Source: a bacterium (lineage in GTDB: Bacteria > Bacteroidota > Bacteroidia > Bacteroidales > UBA932). Taken from it: 63,196 nt of DNA. Position 1 is the stretch's first letter; each line of letters begins with the position of its first letter. Where the stretch lies: contig CAVFXO010000032.1 of the NCBI GenBank assembly GCA_963626825.1, positions 1 to 63,196 on the forward strand, read 5' to 3'. Below, in pieces: positions 19,239 through 28,054 of the stretch. The translations under genes were made by a program, and so were the position numbers. The notes beneath the pieces were generated by a model, which was not told where the DNA came from, made no database searches, and saw nothing but the letters and a program-made list of their open reading frames with translations.

Positions 19239-20090
19239 TTATTCTGCTTTGGGACCCTTTTTCAGAGCTTCCACCACCTGGCGCACAGCCTGTGAATTGG
19301 AAGCTGCAGGTTTAAGTTCCAGATATTTTTCAAACAGAGTAATAGCCTCTGCATTCTTATTAAGGTTCTGAGCTGCGATACCTCCGATGTAATAAGCGTT
19401 AGCTTCATTTGCATCATAAGAGATGGCTGTCTTAGCACATTCGAGAGCCTCGGTGTAGTTCTTAGCACCGCTGGCAGCCTTGGCCTTCTTAAGATAGGTC
19501 TTGGTCAGCTGACGCTTTGCAGCTTTCTCCTGTCCGTTAGCGGCTGCGAGCTCATAAGCGGCTTTGGCACCGTCGATATCTCCCTTGATGTCAAGCACCT
19601 GGCCCTTGAGGAGAGCGGCCTTGCCGTTATCGGGGTCAACGGCGAGCACATTGTCGAAAGCGACGATGGCCTCGTCGTAGTTCTTCGCCTTGATGGCCTG
19701 ACTGCCCTGCTGCATATAGAACTGAGGGATCTTCTTGGTAAGTTTGGCTGCTTCCTCGTCAAGACCAAGTGAGGTGCAGAGCTCTGCGACTTCCTTGAGC
19801 TTGGCTACGCCTTCCGCATATTTTCCTTCCTCTGCAAGGTCACCGGCGATCTGGCCGCCGAGAAGCGGAATGTAATTCTCACAGTCGGCTACGATCTCCA
19901 CGCCGTCCTCGCCACACTGCTTGGCGACTTCGAGAGCCTTTGTGAAACTTTCAACAGCTGAACTGAGGTTGCCGGCTGAATAGTAATTCACGGCATTGTT
20001 ATAAAAATCTGTAGCCTGATTGATGTCCTGCGCGTTTGCCAATGTCACTGCGGCCAACAGTGAGCAAAAAGAAAACAAAATCTTCTTCAT
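19239..20090 (-). CDS. Secreted tetratricopeptide repeat protein
   Basis: Signal peptide and TPR-like helical repeats; TAATTTTG promoter at 20159-20152. Confidence 0.85.
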   Translation of the reverse strand: MKKILFSFCSLLAAVTLANAQDINQATDFYNNAVNYYSAGNLSSAVESFTKALEVAKQCGEDGVEIVADCENYIPLLGGQIAGDLAEEGKYAEGVAKLKEVAELCTSLGLDEEAAKLTKKIPQFYMQQGSQAIKAKNYDEAIVAFDNVLAVDPDNGKAALLKGQVLDIKGDIDGAKAAYELAAANGQEKAAKRQLTKTYLKKAKAASGAKNYTEALECAKTAISYDANEANAYYIGGIAAQNLNKNAEAITLFEKYLELKPAASNSQAVRQVVEALKKGPKAE

Positions 20091-20173
20091 ATTATTACTC
20101 TGTATGTATATTCTTAAGTGGAGCCCCGCACTACTACGGGACGACGAACCGCAAAATTAAGAAAAATAAAATA

Positions 20174-21946
20174 TTACTCCAAATGGAGCGGTTTCGTTTT
20201 GAATTCAAGCCACTTGCGTTCTTCTTCAGCAAGAAACGGGCCGACATTTTCCAGCACCATACGATTATAGCCGTCCAGCCAGTCTATCTCCCAGCCGTCA
20301 AGCAGGGAAAGATCGAGTATGGAAGTATCGAAATGACACATCGTGAGCGGCTCGAACCTGAGGAATTTCCCGAATCCGTTCTCCTGCGCCTCCACGACCA
20401 GAAGCAGATTCTCGTGACGGACCCCGAATTCTCCCTCGCGGTAGATGCCCGGCTCATCGGAAGTCACCATTCCGGCCTTCAGCGGCGAAGGATCCATATT
20501 CTGCCTTATCTGGCAGGGGCCCTCGTGAACTCCGAGGAAATACCCTACCCCGTGGCCCGTGCCGTGACCGAAGTCCCTGTAATGGCGCCAGAGCGGAAGA
20601 CGGGCCGCCGCATCCAGACGACATCCCGGCGTACCCTCCGGGAATACGGCCGTGGCCAGATCGATATGCGACTTGAGCACGAGCGTATAGTCCTTTCTTT
20701 CGAGGTCCGTGCACTCTCCGAGCGGAACGGTGCGGGTTATGTCGGTGGTACCGCTCAGATATTGGCCTCCGGAATCGTTCAGATACAGTCCGCAAGGCTT
20801 CAGCACCGGGGCGTTCTGCGAAGGCGTGTGGTAATGCGGGAGCGCGGCGCCCGGACCGTAAGCCGAGATGGTCTCGAAGCTGTCGCCCATATAGTCCTCT
20901 ATCTGCGCGCGGAACTCCCTTTGTTTCAGGGCGGCCTCCCATTCGTTTATCTGCCGGCCCTGCGCGAGGGCTGTTTCGAGCCAATACAGGAATTTCTCCA
21001 TAGCCACGCCGTCGCGGATATGGGCTTCTCTGATGTTTTCTATCTCCAGTGCGTTCTTCACGGCCTTGCGTGCCTGAACCGGACTTGGCGCACAGTACCT
21101 GTCGCAGCGGATAGACGAATAAAGCTCGGCGTTCACCGCATCTTCGTCCAGCCATATTGTGCCTTCGGTAAGAGTCTGAAGGTCAATGAACACCTCATCG
21201 TATCCGCAGACATCCAAGCCTTCGTGACGGAGCGTCTCCACAGTGTTCTGCGTGGTTTCGTCCTCGATATCGTCCTTCAGGACAAACCATTTCAGTTCGT
21301 CTTGACCTACAAGAAGATAGGAGATAACCACAGGGTTATATTCCACATCACTTGCCCTGACGTTCAGCAGCCAGGCGATCTCGTCCAGCGCACAGATGAC
21401 CATATAGTCGCACCCCCTGGCGGCCATCTCTCCCCTGAGCCAATCTATCTTCTCCTCCCTGCTTTCGCCGGGGTTGACTGTGAAAATCGGGGTCTGCACG
21501 ATGCACGGGCGGTCCTCCCACAGCATATTCAGAAGGTCCGGAATGCAGACCACTTCGAAGCGCGCCTGCAGGGACTTCAGCGCACCGACGGACGTGCAGA
21601 GCGAATCCACGGCCACTATCGCGTCTTCTGCCAATGCGCCCTCGAGCCAGTCGGCTATGCCCACGGCACCGGGGATGCGGGTCTTGTGGAGCACGGCGCC
21701 CGTGCCGGAGAGTTGATCATTGGCCTGTATGAAATAACGGCTGTCGGTCCAGAGACCGGCGTGATCGAGAGTGATCACCACGTCTCCGGCTTCTCCGGTG
21801 AAGCCTGTGAGCCATTCGACCTGTTTCCAGCGCAGGGCCGGATATTCGCTGATATGGGGGTCACTGCCGTATATGACCACGGCGTCGATATTGCGGCTGC
21901 GCATAAAGCTGCGCAGAGATTCGATTCTCTCCTGATAAGTGTTCAT
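20174..21946 (-). CDS. Xaa-Pro aminopeptidase (M24B)
   Basis: DSGGQY..GTTDITRT, HGTGHGVG..LGVHEGP and EPG motifs. Confidence 0.95.
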   Translation of the reverse strand: MNTYQERIESLRSFMRSRNIDAVVIYGSDPHISEYPALRWKQVEWLTGFTGEAGDVVITLDHAGLWTDSRYFIQANDQLSGTGAVLHKTRIPGAVGIADWLEGALAEDAIVAVDSLCTSVGALKSLQARFEVVCIPDLLNMLWEDRPCIVQTPIFTVNPGESREEKIDWLRGEMAARGCDYMVICALDEIAWLLNVRASDVEYNPVVISYLLVGQDELKWFVLKDDIEDETTQNTVETLRHEGLDVCGYDEVFIDLQTLTEGTIWLDEDAVNAELYSSIRCDRYCAPSPVQARKAVKNALEIENIREAHIRDGVAMEKFLYWLETALAQGRQINEWEAALKQREFRAQIEDYMGDSFETISAYGPGAALPHYHTPSQNAPVLKPCGLYLNDSGGQYLSGTTDITRTVPLGECTDLERKDYTLVLKSHIDLATAVFPEGTPGCRLDAAARLPLWRHYRDFGHGTGHGVGYFLGVHEGPCQIRQNMDPSPLKAGMVTSDEPGIYREGEFGVRHENLLLVVEAQENGFGKFLRFEPLTMCHFDTSILDLSLLDGWEIDWLDGYNRMVLENVGPFLAEEERKWLEFKTKPLHLE

Positions 21947-22527
21947 CGTGAAAGCAGGTGTTTGGCGGCGGCGTCCAGAGCCTCATAGAATTCAGCTCCG
22001 TAGGCGCGCACGAGCGGTTGTTTTAAAAACTGATATACACGGATGCCCTCTTCGCGGCCCTTGCGATAGGCATCCTTGCAGATATGCCATCTGTGAAGGT
22101 TGAGAGCCACACGACCTCCTCCGAGATCGGTCACCCTTATGGGGTAGAGGCTGCAGGAGATGGGCTTGTGAAGATGGCAGCACTCGATGGCGCAGAGGCA
22201 CGAGCCGTCTTCCAGAAAACGCGAATAGGCACATTCGCAAGAGCCTTCCACCAGCGGAGTGACGATGTCTCCGTCCCGGTCTATGGTAAAAAATCCGTTC
22301 CTGTCGATGGACTCGCGGCCCTTTTCGCTCATAAGGGGCGAATATGTCGGATATCCTTCCTCCAGGCCGTCAAGTTCCTCTTCCAGGACAGGCGCGCCGG
22401 AGTCGCCCTCCACGCAGCACACACCCTTGCATTTCTGGTAGTCGCAGGCGAAATATTCGCTTATGACATCTTCGGAGACGAGCACGTCCCCTATCTCTAT
22501 GATAGTTCCAAATCGATTATCCAACAT
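21943..22527 (-). CDS. DUF3109 family Cys-rich protein
   Basis: CD...CKGVCCVEGDSGAP and KPISCSLYPIR motifs. Confidence 0.88.
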   Translation of the reverse strand: MLDNRFGTIIEIGDVLVSEDVISEYFACDYQKCKGVCCVEGDSGAPVLEEELDGLEEGYPTYSPLMSEKGRESIDRNGFFTIDRDGDIVTPLVEGSCECAYSRFLEDGSCLCAIECCHLHKPISCSLYPIRVTDLGGGRVALNLHRWHICKDAYRKGREEGIRVYQFLKQPLVRAYGAEFYEALDAAAKHLLSR

Positions 22528-24941
22528 TATTTTACGATATACTCCACTATTCCTGACGAGATGACTTCCTCGAGAAGCCAGCGCAGATCATCCACCACCA
22601 GGGCGTCGAGCCGCTTCTGATAATACGTGGTGAGATCCCTTCCGTAAGAATAACGGCAGAGTGCATAGTCCATCATCCCCTTAGGCGTAGTCAACTGTGC
22701 CTCTATTCTCTTCTTTACTATGGATTTATAACTTTCGAATTCCTCGTCGCTTATGATTATGTACTGCATACGGGAGAATTCCTCGCGCACCACGTTGATG
22801 GCGTCCATCGGGTCGGCTGAGATGACTCCTTCCGGCAGGCCGTCCTGGGCGCATGGCTTGAGCGTTATGTAGAAGGACACCTTCTCCACAGGAGATACGT
22901 CCATCTTTCCGTCCACCTGAGCGTACATTCCCACCGGCGAGAGGCTCTTGGCCATCTGCCTGCTTATGGCCTCCCTGGCCAGCAGATAGGTGAGGTAATT
23001 GTCTATGTTCAAAGGGATAAGACCAGTGGCGGCCAGGTTCACGCTCGGCTCGTCGCCAGTCTCTATGAAGGTCTTGCGGCCGCTGTACAGGTTGTACGTC
23101 ACCTTTTCCTTTACGGCATAAGGTCCGGACACGTCGAACGAGCCCAGATAACGGGACAGCTGGGAGAGCAGGTCGGCCTCTTCGATGTTACCGATGAAGA
23201 TGAACACGCCGTCGCTGACATTGGCATAGCGCTCGTCCAGATAGGCGTCGGCTCGCTCCAGAAGATTGTCCCTGATATTATATGCCGAGCTGTTCGTCTG
23301 ATAGGCGTAATCCCTGCACATCAGACTGTCCATCACGGGGTTGATGTCGGGAAGTTCCGTGGATGAACGCAGCTGCCGGCAGGAACGGTAGAAGTCGAAG
23401 GCCTGATGGTCAGGCTCCCTTCCATAGGAGAATTTCAGCAGAGCCTTGAGGACGGTGGAAATCTCCTCGCTCGGCGCGCTGCCGCCTATCACCGTATCTT
23501 CCAGTGAGACATTGAAATAGAACTCCACGCCGCGTGATCTGAGCGCACGGTCAAATTCGTCGCCCTGTATGCCGGAATAGCGGTTCAGCAGGAACATATC
23601 GGAAAGGAACCGGCTTTCGCCCGGGAAGAGGTTGTTCATCGAGGACGCCCCGCCCCTCTGGGCCACGCAGAAAGTGAATCCGTCCGTGGAGGGCAGGTAT
23701 TTATAGACGACCTTGATGCCGTTGCTGAATGTCCAGTGCTTGCCTCCCGTAAGCGGGTCCGTGGTGGAATTGGCCAGCTTCACTCCTCTGGCCGGGGTCT
23801 TGATGGCCGCCTGAAGGTCCGGATAGGATTGGCGTTTGTATCTGAATTCCACAGGCTCGCCATAAGTGTCCGCGAGCAGGGCGGCCGCGTAGTTGTTGAA
23901 CAGCTCGAGTTCGCGTTTGGGTGAGATCCGGCGGCGCGAGAAGAAGTTGCGAAGAGTCTCCTCCGAGGCGAGGTTGCTGCCGCCGATTATAGCGGAGATG
24001 CATCGGTCCACGTAGAATGCGTTCGGCTTTCCGAGCTTGAGGCCGGTGGAGATTACGTTCGGCAGCGCGAGATACTTGGCATAGGTGAGCTCCTCCACCG
24101 TAGCACCGCCATTGGCCAGATCGGAGAGAGCGCCGTTGATGATGTCCAGCGCCTGCTGCTCGCGTTCCGGGTCAAAAGTGATGTCCATCTGAGTGCGGGA
24201 GACATCTATGTAGAACGGTATGTGCTCTGTCTTGAATGCCAATTCGACCCTGTCCTTCAAGATGTTCTGCACCTGGAGGAAGAGATATTCTGACATAAGC
24301 GGAACGGCCGTGCCGGCGAGCTCCCTGCTTACCGAACCTTCCTGGAAGGAGAACGAGACGCGGCCCTTCTTCGAGTCGTTCCTGAAGATGGAGCCTTCCT
24401 TCGGGATGGTGCTTTCGTATTCGCGGTGCTGAACTTTCGGCATCACGAGGCTGAGCGTGCTGTATCTGTCACGGAATTTCTCCCTGTCGATGTCGCCGCA
24501 GACTATGATGGACTGCGGACCGGATGAGGTCTGCATAAAGTCCAAAATCATAAGAAGGGTACTGTCGGTGGTCGCCCTGTCCTTCACGTTCACGTCGGAA
24601 AAGCGGAATACCCTGGCGCCGTCGTAATACGACACGAAACCGTCCTCGTTATACGGAATGCCGTGACGGGACAGGTAGTCCTTCGCGTTGATGTGTTCAG
24701 AATCCACAAATGCGAGCCGGGTCTGCTCGACATCGAAATCCCCCACCTGCACCAGGGCGAAATCGGCTCTTCCGGCGACAGGATTGTTGGCGATGAAATA
24801 GTAATCTATGCCGTTCGGAAAAGTGCCGCTGACGACCTCGTCCGCACGCTTGAGCTTGGGAATGTTCTGTCCCGAAGACGGAATCATCCCCATAAGCAGG
24901 GCCGATGCCAGCAGAAATGTCCTGAACCTTTTTACAGTCAT
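22527..24941 (-). CDS. M16 (insulinase)-like protein, probably non-catalytic
   Basis: Signal peptide; the G.FPNGI.YY and W.FSNGIKV half-starts typical of PqqL-like M16 proteins; no HxxEH. Confidence 0.7.
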   Translation of the reverse strand: MTVKRFRTFLLASALLMGMIPSSGQNIPKLKRADEVVSGTFPNGIDYYFIANNPVAGRADFALVQVGDFDVEQTRLAFVDSEHINAKDYLSRHGIPYNEDGFVSYYDGARVFRFSDVNVKDRATTDSTLLMILDFMQTSSGPQSIIVCGDIDREKFRDRYSTLSLVMPKVQHREYESTIPKEGSIFRNDSKKGRVSFSFQEGSVSRELAGTAVPLMSEYLFLQVQNILKDRVELAFKTEHIPFYIDVSRTQMDITFDPEREQQALDIINGALSDLANGGATVEELTYAKYLALPNVISTGLKLGKPNAFYVDRCISAIIGGSNLASEETLRNFFSRRRISPKRELELFNNYAAALLADTYGEPVEFRYKRQSYPDLQAAIKTPARGVKLANSTTDPLTGGKHWTFSNGIKVVYKYLPSTDGFTFCVAQRGGASSMNNLFPGESRFLSDMFLLNRYSGIQGDEFDRALRSRGVEFYFNVSLEDTVIGGSAPSEEISTVLKALLKFSYGREPDHQAFDFYRSCRQLRSSTELPDINPVMDSLMCRDYAYQTNSSAYNIRDNLLERADAYLDERYANVSDGVFIFIGNIEEADLLSQLSRYLGSFDVSGPYAVKEKVTYNLYSGRKTFIETGDEPSVNLAATGLIPLNIDNYLTYLLAREAISRQMAKSLSPVGMYAQVDGKMDVSPVEKVSFYITLKPCAQDGLPEGVISADPMDAINVVREEFSRMQYIIISDEEFESYKSIVKKRIEAQLTTPKGMMDYALCRYSYGRDLTTYYQKRLDALVVDDLRWLLEEVISSGIVEYIVK

Positions 24942-25714
24942 CTTACGATTATGGGATTTGTCGAGATCCGGGTCTTATCGATCCTGAGCTCGGGATATGC
25001 CCTCGCGATGATCTCCTGAAGCAGGTCTATCGTGAATTTCTCGCTTTCATAATGGCCCAGGGTCGCCACGAGCATACCTTCGTTCTCGAAATAGTCGTGG
25101 TAGTGCGCCTCGCCGGTAATGAAGCAGTCCGCACCTTTCCTACGGGCCGTGCCCATAAGAAACGATCCTGCCCCGCCGCATAGTGCGACTTTCGAGATTT
25201 TATCGTGCGCGGTGGCGGAGTGCCTGAGGGCCTCTACCCCGAACGTGGCCTTGAGCATTCCGAGGAATTCTTCGGTCGGTGTGGAGTTTGGGAGGATGCC
25301 AATGAGCCCGCTTCCGGCGTTCTGCCCGGGTTTGGCCTCCAGCCATTCAAGATTCTCTAGGCCAATCTTTTCCGCTATGCAGAAGTTGACTCCGCCGGGG
25401 GCGTTATCCAGATTAGTGTGCGCGGAATAGATGCTGATGCCTTTCCGGATGGCGCTGCATACGCATCTTTGCTGGTAGGAGAGGTCGCTGACTCTTTTCA
25501 GGGGATGGAAAAGAAGGGGGTGGTGCGAGACGATCAGACTGCAGCCTTTCGTGAAGGCTTCGTCGATGACGTCTTCAGTTACATCCAGACAGGTGAGAAC
25601 GGCAGTGACCTCGTCCGACTCCAGACCTACCTGAAGACCGGCATTGTCAAAATCGTCCTGCAGACAGAGTGGAGCCACCCGCTCCAGAGCATTTTCTATA
25701 TCGCGCACTTTCAT
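24938..25714 (-). CDS. Nif3-like dinuclear metal centre protein
   Basis: DNAGLQVG, SHHPLLF, HTNLD and GHYESE motifs. Start trimmed to ATG 25714. Confidence 0.93.
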   Translation of the reverse strand: MKVRDIENALERVAPLCLQDDFDNAGLQVGLESDEVTAVLTCLDVTEDVIDEAFTKGCSLIVSHHPLLFHPLKRVSDLSYQQRCVCSAIRKGISIYSAHTNLDNAPGGVNFCIAEKIGLENLEWLEAKPGQNAGSGLIGILPNSTPTEEFLGMLKATFGVEALRHSATAHDKISKVALCGGAGSFLMGTARRKGADCFITGEAHYHDYFENEGMLVATLGHYESEKFTIDLLQEIIARAYPELRIDKTRISTNPIIVR

Positions 25715-26025
25715 ACGTGCGAATATACGAAATAAAATCGGGAGTTGACGAAGAATGGGGCCAACCAGCACGTGTACCGCCCGGTGGTCTCGGGCATAAA
25801 AGGACTGCAACTTTTCAACCGTTTCGGCGGCGGTGCAGACAATCGTCTATTAGAGTAGTTAAGTATCAGCTGGACTGCCGGTCAAGGCAAAGTCGGCTAT
25901 CTATGCCTTGCCAAAAACACACAGTATAGTAAATTCAAATAGGAAGGCATTACATTTCCAGCATGCATTCACTGTTAATTGCAAAACAAAAACACAATCT
26001 CGATTAATTGCAAAATTTGAAATTA

Positions 26026-26151
26026 GCGGGAACACCTATCAGCCTCTCATCGCGTTCTATACCACTTTCGCGCTCCCTAACCCCATTTTAAAAGCGGGTG
26101 CGGGAACACCAGATGCCACCACAGCGTATTCTGTGGCACATCGGCGCTCCC
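26026..26151. repeat. Two 52-bp units with identical ends at a 74-bp period
   Basis: GCGGGAACACC at 26026 and 26100 and GCGCTCCC at 26070 and 26144, enclosing unrelated 33-nt cores. Confidence 0.6.
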
Positions 26152-26447
26152 GTTGATTTTACACTTTTCATTAAGCTTTCTTTATGGACATCAACGTCAA
26201 CGCGAAGGCGCTTACAAGCCTTCACTAGACGATACGCAATAAAATCGGCAAAAGTCAGACGCGAGGAGGGCCGTCCCATCGAGCCCACCGCTGTGTCTGA
26301 TCTTTAGCCACCGGAGACCGCCCATTCCGGCGGCGGTGCCGATATTCACCTATTATGGCAGGTAAGTATCTGTCGGATCATCTGTCCGGGCAGAGGCTTT
26401 TCTGCGCTGTCGCTATGTGACCCTGTACGGGCAAACGCTGACACTGC

Positions 26448-26565
26448 GAACGGGGGACTGTGCCTTCAGGACGGCTTGCCGCCGTTGGCTCCTGAACGGG
26501 AGGGGCCCACGAAGTGGGAGGGATAGCGCGAAGCGCGTATCGTCCTGAAGGCACAGTCCCCGTTC
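26448..26565. repeat. 118-bp palindromic element (REP/MITE-like)
   Basis: Arms GAACGGGGGACTGTGCCTTCAGGACG (26448-26473) and CGTCCTGAAGGCACAGTCCCCGTTC (26541-26565) pair with one bulge; inner hairpins are GAA-capped. Confidence 0.8.
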
Positions 26566-26603
26566 ATCAGCCATACCATCACTGAGCTCTATCCGAAAAA
26601 TCT

Positions 26604-26639
26604 GAAAGGGTGCGGATTTTGGCATTTCCGCACCCTTTC
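26604..26639. terminator. 13-bp terminator-like hairpin
   Basis: Perfect stem GAAAGGGTGCGGA / TCCGCACCCTTTC. Confidence 0.6.
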
Positions 26640-26659
26640 GCTTCGCCCCGCCAAACGTT

Positions 26660-26843
26660 TGAACTGCACCCCGAAAGTTGGACACCAACATTGAGTTTAT
26701 GAAGAGAGAACGATATCCAAGTGTTATCGCCGCTATCCGAAAGTATGAAAGTGGCGTTTCGAAATGTTGTATATGCAAAGAATACCACATTCACGACAGA
26801 GCGTTTCAGCTGTACTATAACAGGTACAAGGCCGGCGGTATAA
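26660..26843 (+). mobile_element. IS3-family left-end remnant (IRL plus truncated orfA from ATG 26699)
   Basis: TGAACTGCACCCCGAAAGTTGGACA resembles IS150/IS861-type terminal repeats. It is followed by an HTH-like peptide (MKRERYP...ICKEYHI...YKAGG) cut by the next IS. Confidence 0.7.
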
Positions 26844-27603
26844 TAGTCACGGATTTTAATACAGGTGCCTAAGTTAAAAATACATAACTTAGCATCATGA
26901 AAAAAGCAAGGCGTAAGTACGACGCAAGATTCAAGGCTCAGGTGGCGATTGAGGCCATCAAGGAGCGCGAGACATTGAGCGAGCTCGCAGCGAAATTCGA
27001 GTTATCACCGGTGATGATCAGCCGGTGGAAAAAAGAGTTCATTGACAATTCGGCGTCGGTATTCGGAAATCCGGTTGCGGACGATGCGGCATTGGAGAAG
27101 CAAAAGGAAAGATACCCGATGAAGAAGGGCTTCATGTATCTGACAGCCATCATAGACGTGTATAGCCGCTTTATTGTCGGCTGGAGCCTGCACAACACGC
27201 TCGATGCGTCAAACTGCATTGAGGTGCTCAAAAGTGCCGTTGCGCGGCACGGAGCGCCTGAAATCATAAACTCAGATCAGGGTTGCCAGTTCACGAGTAA
27301 AGAATGGGCTGACGCCTGCGCTCAATATCCTGAAATGAAGGTCAGCACGGACGGCCGCGGCCGGACCAAGGATAACATTTGGATAGAAAGATTTTGGAAA
27401 ACGATAAAATACGAGTACATTTACATCCGGCCGGAGGAGACCGGCACGGACTTGTTCTTTGGAATCAAGGCATTCATAGACGACTATAACTATCACCGTC
27501 GTCACCAAGGAATCAACCGCACAGTACCAAGCAAGCTCTACCTCCGGTCGGCTGCTTGTGCTTAACTAAGAAAAGGAAGGTACCTGTTTAAATACCGGTA
27601 GTA
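26844..27603 (+). mobile_element. Internally deleted IS3-family element
   Basis: Imperfect terminal inverted repeats TAGTCACGGATTTTAATACAGGTGCCT and (reverse complement) TACTACCGGTATTTAAACAGGTACCT flank a transposase ORF. Confidence 0.8.
26897..27565 (+). pseudogene. IS3 transposase OrfA::OrfB deletion fusion
   Basis: The HTH_Tnp_1-like N-terminus is joined at KER|YPM to the rve core (IIDVYSR, NSDQGCQF, DNIWIERFWKTIKYE). The first DDE Asp motif is missing. Confidence 0.85.
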
Positions 27604-28037
27604 TTGCATTCTTACACTGGTGATTTTATTACTTCTGACAATATTGACGATGGTAAAATTTATCTAGTTGAGGATAAGTACGCGAATATTAGTGCCCATT
27701 CGGCGATGTTAGTGCGAAACGCCTTTCCTGAAGGATTTAAAGAAGTTGGAGGATTGATAATCCAATATCGCTTTGAAGAAGGGTCAGATTATACAGTCAG
27801 CACATTTGAAACTGTAGGAGGAGATGAATCAGTGACTGGATACATTCTCAAACCCGAAGGTCCCGATACTACTACTCCGAATATGGACAAACGAATCCCG
27901 GAGGGGGTCTACTGTTTAATGAATCCGTCCCTAAATCAAGGAAAATTTTATATCATTTAGGTACCAAAAGAAGACATACAAAAGGATGTCAATTAGTGGG
28001 AGCAGAGAACGTTAGGACAATTATAAAAAATAAGTAA
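27604..28037 (+). pseudogene. Truncated, frameshifted polymorphic-toxin C-terminus with a DUF5675-like (L,D-transpeptidase-like) domain
   Basis: Frame 1 gives GYILKPEGP..KRIPEGVY. The -1 frame (27912-28037) continues LFNESVPKSRKILYHLGTKRRHTKGCQLVGAENVRTIIKNK*. The 5' part is removed at the IS end. Confidence 0.65.
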
Positions 28038-28054
28038 TTAAAATATAGTTGATT

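Noticed and set aside
20036..21988. 650-aa plus-strand ORF
   Set aside because: Antisense shadow of aminopeptidase P with no motifs. Such shadows are common in GC3-rich genes; the same applies to 3692-4720, 34039-34956, 52611-53552 and 60593-62176.
26026..26151. Canonical CRISPR array
   Set aside because: Only short motifs recur, no full 28-47 bp repeat is duplicated, and there are no cas genes. Kept as an unexplained repeat.
25730..26650. RNase P RNA, tmRNA, SRP RNA, group II intron or cobalamin riboswitch
   Set aside because: I found none of the hallmark motifs (GAGGAAAGTCC, tmRNA ends, domain V, a complete B12 box).
27900..27960. Programmed frameshift in the toxin-like gene
   Set aside because: The gene has lost its 5' end and residues appear to be missing at the shift, so decay is the simpler explanation.
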